Made by a program: the position numbers and the translations under genes. This document shows, in pieces, positions 17,846 to 25,296 of a stretch of DNA of 35,462 bases; the stretch's first letter is position 1; every line of letters starts with the position of its first letter. Under the pieces are notes generated by a model. The model did no database searches, was not told the DNA's origin, and saw only the letters and a program-made list of their open reading frames with translations. Source of the DNA: a virus (lineage: Duplodnaviria; Caudoviricetes); the IMG/VR virus record IMGVR_UViG_3300047279_000034, positions 1 through 35,462 of that record; one strand, written 5' to 3'.

Positions 17846-18090
17846 ACAATGAACCAGTAGCGTGGGGGATGTTGGATAAGGATGGTGGTATTTACGATTC
17901 AATTAGTCCTGAAGAACACGACAGAGAAGAAGGTTCTTACACCATTCCACTCTATACCCATCCAGTAAAAGAACTAACAGATGAAGAAATAGATACTATT
18001 TGGGTTGAAATGTCAGAGCAATGCGATGAGGAATTTATAGACATGAAACAGTTTGCTAGAGCAATACTAAGAAAGGCAAGTGAGAAATGA
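17842..18090 (+). CDS. Hypothetical early protein
   Basis: ATGA overlaps at both ends; EPVAW...PLYTHP..LTDEEI pattern. Confidence 0.7.
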   Translation: MNNEPVAWGMLDKDGGIYDSISPEEHDREEGSYTIPLYTHPVKELTDEEIDTIWVEMSEQCDEEFIDMKQFARAILRKASEK

Positions 18091-18272
18091 CTGAACACAC
18101 ACATTGCTGGCACTCAACAAATACTATGCTTTGCTCTATGCCTCCACAAAGGGTAGAAGTCTGTTGTGTTTGCGGAGAAAAAAGAAACTTGATAATTCGT
18201 AGCATGGAAGATAACCCTGAAGGACATGGGAAATTTCATCCAAATGCACTAAGAAAAGCACAAGAAAAATGA
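18087..18272 (+). CDS. Cys/His-rich small protein
   Basis: HTHCWH...CCVCGE; ATGA overlaps. Confidence 0.65.
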   Translation: MTEHTHCWHSTNTMLCSMPPQRVEVCCVCGEKRNLIIRSMEDNPEGHGKFHPNALRKAQEK

Positions 18273-18454
18273 CATTCACAATAATGAATATTGCTGCAGC
18301 TAAAGTGCGGTCAAATCAACCATTAGCATACAGATTGATGCAAAAAGCAGACGGAACAACGGTATTGCAAGGTGCTTTTTATTGGACTGAAGGCAGTAAT
18401 GGCGGTCACGATTGGGAAGATATACCTACAATTATTGAGGCACAAGAGAAATGA
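18269..18454 (+). CDS. Hypothetical small protein
   Basis: ATGA overlaps at both ends. Confidence 0.65.
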   Translation: MTFTIMNIAAAKVRSNQPLAYRLMQKADGTTVLQGAFYWTEGSNGGHDWEDIPTIIEAQEK

Positions 18455-18582
18455 TACCTGAACAGGACATTTACGATTTCTATATGGCTAAAGCAACTAC
18501 TCCAATACCAAATCGTTTTCAGAGCTATTTAAAGAAGTTCAGGAAGATTGAACAATTTATTAGAGAACATGATAAGAAATGA
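18451..18582 (+). CDS. 43 aa hypothetical protein; not in the ORF track
   Basis: MIPEQDIYDFYMAKATTPIPNRFQSYLKKFRKIEQFIREHDKK; ATGA overlap; fills the gap. Confidence 0.6.
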   Translation: MIPEQDIYDFYMAKATTPIPNRFQSYLKKFRKIEQFIREHDKK

Positions 18583-18585
18583 AAA

Positions 18586-19035
18586 ATGACTGACATAGTT
18601 CTTAGTCCTTCTGAAATTCAAATGGCTGCTTTTGTAGGATGCCAAAGAGCTGTACAAAACATTCAAAACAAGGAAACATACAGCGTTTCAGGTGAAAAGG
18701 TCGATGACTTTTGGCAAAGAATGATAGGTGGTGCATTAGCTGAAGCTGCTTTTGCTAAACACCTAAACCTGTATTGGTGGAAGGGAGCTAAAAACATTCC
18801 TGATGTAGGAGAATTTGAAATAAGAACAACTCCTTATGCCAATGGAGATTTGCATATAAAGCCTAATGACCCTGAAGATAAGCAGTTTTATCTACTTACA
18901 GGAGATAATGGAACATATAAAATCAGAGGATGGTATACAGCTAAAGAAGCTAAATTACATCCTGAATGGTTATATTCCAAAAAAGAAGGTAGAGAAAAGC
19001 AATATTGGATTCCTCAAACAAGCCTACATGACTAA
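18586..19035 (+). CDS. Possible PD-(D/E)xK-fold nuclease-like protein
   Basis: GALAEAAFAKHL...PDVGEFEIRTT resembles E...PD...ExK, with R in place of K. Confidence 0.45.
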   Translation: MTDIVLSPSEIQMAAFVGCQRAVQNIQNKETYSVSGEKVDDFWQRMIGGALAEAAFAKHLNLYWWKGAKNIPDVGEFEIRTTPYANGDLHIKPNDPEDKQFYLLTGDNGTYKIRGWYTAKEAKLHPEWLYSKKEGREKQYWIPQTSLHD

Positions 19036-19303
19036 AAATGAAAAAGAACGATACAGAAAAATTGCAGAAATTGGGTGCATATTGTGTTACACACAAGGAA
19101 ACGAAGGTACGGAATGTGAAATTCACCATATCCGTAGAGCAGGTCAGCGAAAAACAGCTCCCACTATCGGACTCTGCCCAGTACATCACCGATTCCATCT
19201 TGGTATTCACCAGCTTGGGCGTAGAGCTTGGGAATCTACTCACTCAACGACAGAGGAAACTTTGCTTGAACTCACCAATCGGTTACTAAATGTTGGTGCT
19301 TAA
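19028..19303 (+). CDS. Ref/DUF968-like Zn-binding HNH-fold nuclease
   Basis: GCILC, EIHHIR, IGLCPVHHR, GIH motifs; ATG 19028 overlaps the upstream stop region. Confidence 0.75.
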   Translation: MTKNEKERYRKIAEIGCILCYTQGNEGTECEIHHIRRAGQRKTAPTIGLCPVHHRFHLGIHQLGRRAWESTHSTTEETLLELTNRLLNVGA

Positions 19304-19655
19304 CCTTCCACTTCCTCCTTCAATAAATCACTATTTGGGAACGCATGGTCATAGAAGGTATGTATCTAAAGCTGGAGTAGCCTTTAAGCAACAAGTATCA
19401 GATTATGTAGCTGAATACGCAGTACCCAAACTAGGAGCTGCAAGACTAGAATTTCAGGTCACTTTATATCCTAGAGATAGACGAAAACAAGATATAGATA
19501 ACCGAATAAAGGCTTTATGGGATGCTTTAGCTGATGCTGGAGTATTTGATAATGACGAGCAAATAGATGTATTAATCGTACATCGTGGAGAGATTAAAAA
19601 AGGTGGTGGATGTTTGGTTTATATTGATATAATTGATGAAAAGCAAAGCCCTTAA
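19290..19655 (+). CDS. rusA: RusA Holliday junction resolvase
   Basis: LPLPPSINHY and DIDNRIKALWDALADAGVFDNDEQI. Confidence 0.93.
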   Translation: MLVLNLPLPPSINHYLGTHGHRRYVSKAGVAFKQQVSDYVAEYAVPKLGAARLEFQVTLYPRDRRKQDIDNRIKALWDALADAGVFDNDEQIDVLIVHRGEIKKGGGCLVYIDIIDEKQSP

Positions 19656-19715
19656 AGAGCGACTAACTCAATAAGGGCTTTTAGCCAAACTGCTTGTGAA
19701 GGAGTATTTTGGCTA
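19645..19715 (+). promoter_or_regulatory. Two abutting stem-loops at the early/late boundary
   Basis: AAAGCCCTTA/TAAGGGCTTT (19645-19681) and TAGCCAAA/TTTGGCTA (19682-19715). Confidence 0.55.
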
Positions 19716-19743
19716 TGTTAATTTTATATTAAAAGGAAGTGAT

Positions 19744-20103
19744 ATGAATGAAAATGTTGCTATGTTTGTTGCTACCCTATTCCATAGTGGCACTAATACT
19801 CACTTCTTTCATTTATCCACTAATTCTTACTCACAGCATAAGGCTTTGGGCAATTTCTATGAATCTATCATAGAGCTTGCAGATGACTACGCTGAAGCGT
19901 ATATGGGCAGATACGAGCAGTTAAAGTCGTTTCCTAGCACCTACCATCTTCCTAAAGACCCTTTAAAGTACCTAGAGTCATTAAAGACTTTTGTAGATGA
20001 AGCCAATAAAGACCTTCCTAAAGAACAAGAATTGGTCAATATCGTAGCTGAAATCCAGCAACTCATAGATTCAACTCTATACAAACTACGCTTTCTTAAA
20101 TAA
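19744..20103 (+). CDS. Dps/ferritin-like four-helix protein (DUF5856-like)
   Basis: THFFH...SYSQHKALGNFYE...ADDYAEAYMG; AAGGA RBS before ATG 19744. Confidence 0.75.
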   Translation: MNENVAMFVATLFHSGTNTHFFHLSTNSYSQHKALGNFYESIIELADDYAEAYMGRYEQLKSFPSTYHLPKDPLKYLESLKTFVDEANKDLPKEQELVNIVAEIQQLIDSTLYKLRFLK

Positions 20104-20771
20104 TGCAGCTCGTAGGCTTATCTGCTCTTGAGTACGATGAGCAGTATTACGCAGAGCATAAAGATGCTGACCTTGATTATCTTGGTCATGGTTACTGGCA
20201 AGAAGAATACGCTAAAATGGTATCTAAGGGTTTACCAGTAGATTCAGTTGTATTTGATGGTGGATGTGCTTGTGGCTCAATCCTCAATGGCTTTAAAAAG
20301 CTAGGATTTAAAACGATAGGTATGGACTTATCGGCATACATGATTGAGCTAGGAACAGAACACTTTGACAACGATGAACTTATTTGCGGTTCTCTTACTA
20401 ATATCCCTTTACCTGATAATTCTGTCGATTTAGTACATTCTGCTCAAGTCCTAGAGCATATTCCTGAAGAACTCATGGAAGATATTGTGAGTGAGTTTGA
20501 GCGTATTTTGAAGCCAAACGGCAAGATGTTCCTATGCTTAGACGCTATCAGAGACGGTGAAACCAAAGAAATGTACATGGGAGACCCTACTCATGTAAAC
20601 ATACAAAGAATTGAATATTGGTCTAAATTATTTAAAAAAGGTAATTTACTATTCGATGTTCAGAGTTATAATAATTTTGTGCGCTCTGAGTTTAAGCCAA
20701 CAGCAGAAGTAGATGCTAACTTCTTTGAGGCTTATCCTTATTGGAGCGTGTTTACTCTTATTAAGGAATAG
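20103..20771 (+). CDS. Class I SAM-dependent methyltransferase (small-molecule/glycan type)
   Basis: VFDGGCACG, GMDLS, LPDNSVDLVHSAQVLEHI, RILKPNG. Confidence 0.9.
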   Translation: MQLVGLSALEYDEQYYAEHKDADLDYLGHGYWQEEYAKMVSKGLPVDSVVFDGGCACGSILNGFKKLGFKTIGMDLSAYMIELGTEHFDNDELICGSLTNIPLPDNSVDLVHSAQVLEHIPEELMEDIVSEFERILKPNGKMFLCLDAIRDGETKEMYMGDPTHVNIQRIEYWSKLFKKGNLLFDVQSYNNFVRSEFKPTAEVDANFFEAYPYWSVFTLIKE

Positions 20772-20773
20772 AT

Positions 20774-20959
20774 ATGCCACTCGATAAAAGCGGAAGCGCA
20801 CAATCAGTCGGAAAGAACATTAAAGCCGAAATGAAAGCTGGAAAGCCTAAAAAACAGGCACTAGCGATTGCTCTTAATACAGAGCGTGAATATGCTAAAG
20901 GCAGCCGAAAAGCTAAATTAGAAGCTACCTATGACAAATATGTAAAGGAGAAAGAATAA
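20774..20959 (+). CDS. Small basic phage protein
   Basis: MPL.KSGS....KNIKAEMKAGKPKKQALAIAL pattern; AAGGA RBS. Confidence 0.75.
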   Translation: MPLDKSGSAQSVGKNIKAEMKAGKPKKQALAIALNTEREYAKGSRKAKLEATYDKYVKEKE

Positions 20960-21126
20960 TGGCTGCAAATCTCCCTGCATTAGTAGGTCGTAAAGACACT
21001 AAGAAACCTGAACTTAATGTAGCCAATAAAAACAATGTGCTACAGATTAAAGAGAATCAGCGCATGAAGCGTAAAGCTGCATTACTGACAGCTATGAACA
21101 AGATTAAAGACCCTGATATTGCTTAA
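20959..21126 (+). CDS. 55 aa basic hypothetical protein; not in the ORF track
   Basis: MAANLPALVGRKDTKK...DPDIA; TAATG overlap; AAGGAG RBS. Confidence 0.7.
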   Translation: MAANLPALVGRKDTKKPELNVANKNNVLQIKENQRMKRKAALLTAMNKIKDPDIA

Positions 21127-21153
21127 AAAATAGGCTACAATAAAGTCTATTGA

Positions 21154-21166
21154 AATCAACTACTTG
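21154..21166 (+). promoter_or_regulatory. IHF-consensus site upstream of terS (also a YUAC-loop hairpin)
   Basis: AATCAACTACTTG fits WATCAANNNNTTR; -10-like TACAAT at 21136. Confidence 0.45.
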
Positions 21167-21172
21167 ACGGAT

Positions 21173-21484
21173 ATGACAAATAAGACAGAACCTAAAATAG
21201 GTAAAAATAGGGGAAATGCTGGTAAAGGTAGACCTAAAGGCTCTCCTAACAAGATTACCCAAGAGTTCAGAGATACCGTTAAACAGCTATTGGATGACAA
21301 TGCTGATAATGTCGCTATATGGCTTTCTCAAGTAGCTATAGGTACAGAAGATGCTAAAGCTGACCCTAAAGGTGCATTAGACATACTGTCAAGATTAGCT
21401 GAATTTGCTGCTCCTAAACTAGCTAGAACTGAAGTAGTAGGCGATAAAGAAAATCCAATCATCGTACAGACAGTAAACTTTTGA
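21173..21484 (+). CDS. terS: Terminase small subunit
   Basis: GNAGKGRPKGSPNKIT and APKLARTEVVGD; directly upstream of terL; start may be TTG 21164. Confidence 0.8.
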   Translation: MTNKTEPKIGKNRGNAGKGRPKGSPNKITQEFRDTVKQLLDDNADNVAIWLSQVAIGTEDAKADPKGALDILSRLAEFAAPKLARTEVVGDKENPIIVQTVNF

Positions 21485-22896
21485 CTACCATTCGACTGCC
21501 TAATAACTGGATTCCTAGAGATTACCAGCTTCCAGCATGGAGATATATGCAGAATGGTGGCAAACATTGTGAGATTGTTTGGCATCGTAGGTCAGGTAAA
21601 GATGAGCTAGGTCTACATTGGACTGCTGTAGCTGCCTTCAAAAGGGTAGCTCAGTATTGGTATATGCTCCCTGAATACAATCAAGCTCGTAAAGCTATTT
21701 GGGATGCGATTAATCCTCATACTGGTAAAAAGCGTATAGATGAGGCTTTTCCATTAGAGCTAAGAACAAGCACTCGTAATGACGAAATGAAGATTATCTT
21801 TAAGAATGGTTCATCCTTTCAAGCGGTAGGCTCAGATGACCCTTCTAAACTCGTTGGTTCGCCTCCTGCTGGCATTGTGTACTCAGAATGGGCATTAAGT
21901 AATCCAGCTACTAGAGCGTATCTCAGACCAATTCTGATGGAGAACGGTGGATGGCAGATATTTAATACAACTCCTAGAGGCAGAAATCATGCTTATACGA
22001 CATTAGAAGCTGCTAGACACAATCCTGAAGCCTTTGCTCAAGTGCTAGATGCTACTCAGACAGGCATATTTTCACCTGAACAACTAGAAGCTGAACTAAA
22101 CAACTATATAGCTGACTTTGGTGAGGATTACGGTAGGTCTAAGTTTGAACAGGAATATCTATGTTCATTCGATGCTGCCAATTTAGGAGCAATCCTAGCT
22201 AGACAGATTACGATAAGTGAGAGAGCTGGAAAGATTAGTGATGATGTAGTCTTTGACCCTAATGGTCAGCCTATACAAATAAGCGTGGATATTGGTCGTA
22301 GAGATACAGCTACTTGGTGGTTTTGGCAGCCGACTATTGGTGGCTATAACATTATTGACTATGATTCAGGCTTTGGAATAGACGCTGAAGAATGGGCAGA
22401 ACGCATACATAAACGCCTATGTAAGTACGAATTATCAGGTAGTCGCAATCCATTAGGATGTATTTGGCTTCCTCATGACGCTAGAACTAAGACATTCTCA
22501 GCTAAAGAATCGGCTATTGAGATATTCCTGAAGTTCTTTGGAAACGATAAATGCGATATAACGCCTTCTACATCCATAGCTGACCGTATCAATGCTGCAA
22601 GGGTAATCATTTCAAGGGTTCGGTTTAATGAGACTAACTGCAAGGTAGGCTTAGATGGTCTAAGAGCGTGGAGCTATGCTTATAGCGATATAACCAAGAC
22701 ATTCGGTTCAGCTCCTTTGCATGATTGGGCTTCTCACGATGGGGATGGATTCTCATACGGATGTCAGATTATGCAGATGGCAAGTCCTCCTCCTCCACCA
22801 TTGGAAGAAATGAAAGGACTGTATGTTGGTCAGACTGATGTAAGTCTTAACGATATGTGGAAACAATCACCAAAACAAACTAATAGTAGAATTTAG
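21481..22896 (+). CDS. terL: Terminase large subunit
   Basis: PRDYQ, WHRRSGKD (Walker A), IVYSEW (Walker B), FNTTPRG, QEYLCSF, VDIG, WLPHDA, HDWASHDGDGF. Confidence 0.95.
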   Translation: MTTIRLPNNWIPRDYQLPAWRYMQNGGKHCEIVWHRRSGKDELGLHWTAVAAFKRVAQYWYMLPEYNQARKAIWDAINPHTGKKRIDEAFPLELRTSTRNDEMKIIFKNGSSFQAVGSDDPSKLVGSPPAGIVYSEWALSNPATRAYLRPILMENGGWQIFNTTPRGRNHAYTTLEAARHNPEAFAQVLDATQTGIFSPEQLEAELNNYIADFGEDYGRSKFEQEYLCSFDAANLGAILARQITISERAGKISDDVVFDPNGQPIQISVDIGRRDTATWWFWQPTIGGYNIIDYDSGFGIDAEEWAERIHKRLCKYELSGSRNPLGCIWLPHDARTKTFSAKESAIEIFLKFFGNDKCDITPSTSIADRINAARVIISRVRFNETNCKVGLDGLRAWSYAYSDITKTFGSAPLHDWASHDGDGFSYGCQIMQMASPPPPPLEEMKGLYVGQTDVSLNDMWKQSPKQTNSRI

Positions 22897-22956
22897 CGAA
22901 AAAGGGTAAAATATTTCAAACATTTCGCCAAAATAACCATCTTTTAAGGCAATTCT

Positions 22957-25296
22957 ATGGCAAACGATAAAGCAACAGTAGACCGTACATACGAAGATTG
23001 GTACAAAACCATAGCATCGTATGAGCGTACTTATAAAAGATGGGAAGCTAGAGCTGACCGAATCGTTAAGAAATATAAGGATGACAGTCGCTATGACCGT
23101 AATCCTAATGCTCGATTCAACATCCTTTGGTCTAATGTTCAAACTATTCAACCAGCTATCTTTGCAAGACTACCTAGACCTGATGTAAGCAGACGCTTTA
23201 GAGACAATGACCCTATTGGTCGTGTAGCGTCAATGATGCTTGAACGAGCTTTAGAGTTCGAGATTGAGCATTATGGTGACTACAAATCAGCAATGAATAA
23301 TGCCGTTCTTGACCGTTTATTAGGTGGTCGTGGCGTTTCATGGGTTCGCTATGAGCCTCATTTTGAAGCAGATGAAGGTGGAGAACCTGACGATGGCTAC
23401 GAAATTACCGAAGATGCAGATGAGGCAGAGACACCTGAAGGTGAAGCCGTTGAATCTCCTGAACGCATCGAATACGAATGTGCGCCTGTCGATTATGTGC
23501 ATTGGAAAGAGTTTGGTCATAGTCCTGGTGCTAGGACTTGGGAAGAAGTTACAGCAGTTTGGCGCAAAGTCTATATGTCTAGACCTGCGCTTGTTGAGCG
23601 ATTTGGTGAAGAAATCGGTGGAAAAGTTCCGCTTGATACTAAACCAGCAGATGACAAGAATTCGTACAAGAGTGAAGTAGGAGTCTATGAAGCTCTAGTC
23701 TATGAGATTTGGGATAAAGAGACAGGTAAAGTCTTTTGGATTTCCAAGTCATTAGGCAAGATTATTGATGAGCGTGATGACCCTTTACAGCTTGAAAACT
23801 TTTGGCCTTGTCCTAAACCGTTGTATTCAACTCTGACTACAGACTCACTAGAGCCGATTCCTGACTTTGTAATCTATCAAGACCAAGCTAGAGAACTAGA
23901 TACTTTATGTGACCGTATTGATGGATTGATTAACGCATTGAAGGTGCGTGGCGTATACGATGCTTCAAGTTCTGAATTACAGCGTCTATTTTCTGAAGGC
24001 GAGAACAATACTCTGATTCCAGTACAAAACTGGATGGCTTTTGCTGAGAAACAAGGCATGAAGGGAGCTATTGACCTTGTAGACATTACTCCTTTTGCAC
24101 AGGCTTTAGCTCAATGCTATCAAGCAATGGAGCAAGTTAAAGGTCAAATCTATGAATTGATGGGAATTGCTGATATTCAGCGTGGTCAATCTGACCCTAA
24201 TGAGACTCTTGGCGCACAGATTATCAAGTCTAATAACGCTTCAGGTCGCTTAAAAACGATGCAACATGCAGTAGTAGACTTTGCTACCAGCTTGTTATCC
24301 ATCAAAGCTCAGATTATTTGTAATCATTTTACAGATGAGACTTTGGTACAGATTTCAGGTGCAATGCAGTTATCTGACCAAGATAAACAGCTCATTCCAC
24401 AAGCTATTGAACTGTTAAGAAATGAAGCAGCTAAAAACTTCCGTATTGAAGTCACTAGCGATTCGATGATTTACCAAGATGAACAGCAAGAAAAGGCAGA
24501 CCGTATTGCTTTCTTATCTGCCGTAGGTTCATTCATGCAAACTGCTCTACCAGCAGCTCAAGCGTCTCCTGAACTCACTCCAATGCTATGCGAAATGCTG
24601 AAATTTGGCGTAACAGCGTTCAAAGCAGGTAAGCAACTGGAAGGCATTATTGACCAAACTGCTGATGATTTACGCAAACAGTATGAACAGTCTAAAGGTC
24701 AGCCTAAGCCTCCTCCTCCTGAAGTTCAGAAAGCTCAAATGCAGATGCAAATGGAGCAAGCTAAATTACAGGCTTCTGCTCAATCTGACCAAGCTAAAGC
24801 ACAGTTTGAAGCTCAAAAACTTCAGATGGAAGCTCAACTTGAACAACAGAAGATGCAGATGCAGATGGAGCTTGAGAAGGCTAAACAAGAATATCAAGCT
24901 CAAGAAAATCAGCTTAAATTTAGCTTAGAAGAACAGCGTAATCAGCAAGAAGCTCAGTTACAAATGCAGATAAGCAAGATGAAGTCCGATTCGGATAACA
25001 ACAAAGCAATACTATTGGCTTACTTAGACAATGCTACTAAACTAGAAACAGCTCGTATTAGTGCAGGTTTAGATGATGGTTCAGAAGCCTATATGGAAGC
25101 AGTAGACCAAGCTAAAATAATGCAAGACACTATGGGATATTCACAAATGGCAGACCATCCGTTAAAACCAGCTCTTGACCAAATGCAGATGAGCAATCAG
25201 CAATTAACAGAAATGTTAGCTGCTTTGATTCAGAAGATGCACCAACCAAAGCAAGTAATTCGTGACGAAAACGGTAAAATCGTAGGAGTTCACTAA
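22957..25296 (+). CDS. Portal protein with long Q/M-rich C-terminal coiled coil (P22-like barrel)
   Basis: Follows terL; 779 aa; NILWSNVQT, IYELMGIADIQRG. Confidence 0.85.
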   Translation: MANDKATVDRTYEDWYKTIASYERTYKRWEARADRIVKKYKDDSRYDRNPNARFNILWSNVQTIQPAIFARLPRPDVSRRFRDNDPIGRVASMMLERALEFEIEHYGDYKSAMNNAVLDRLLGGRGVSWVRYEPHFEADEGGEPDDGYEITEDADEAETPEGEAVESPERIEYECAPVDYVHWKEFGHSPGARTWEEVTAVWRKVYMSRPALVERFGEEIGGKVPLDTKPADDKNSYKSEVGVYEALVYEIWDKETGKVFWISKSLGKIIDERDDPLQLENFWPCPKPLYSTLTTDSLEPIPDFVIYQDQARELDTLCDRIDGLINALKVRGVYDASSSELQRLFSEGENNTLIPVQNWMAFAEKQGMKGAIDLVDITPFAQALAQCYQAMEQVKGQIYELMGIADIQRGQSDPNETLGAQIIKSNNASGRLKTMQHAVVDFATSLLSIKAQIICNHFTDETLVQISGAMQLSDQDKQLIPQAIELLRNEAAKNFRIEVTSDSMIYQDEQQEKADRIAFLSAVGSFMQTALPAAQASPELTPMLCEMLKFGVTAFKAGKQLEGIIDQTADDLRKQYEQSKGQPKPPPPEVQKAQMQMQMEQAKLQASAQSDQAKAQFEAQKLQMEAQLEQQKMQMQMELEKAKQEYQAQENQLKFSLEEQRNQQEAQLQMQISKMKSDSDNNKAILLAYLDNATKLETARISAGLDDGSEAYMEAVDQAKIMQDTMGYSQMADHPLKPALDQMQMSNQQLTEMLAALIQKMHQPKQVIRDENGKIVGVH

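Noticed and set aside
20103-20771. DNA methyltransferase
   Set aside because: Lacks DPPY/NPPY/SPPY or PC catalytic motifs; resembles small-molecule/glycan methyltransferases
21470-21490. Programmed frameshift fusing terS and terL
   Set aside because: No canonical slippery heptamer; a TTGA overlap explains the junction
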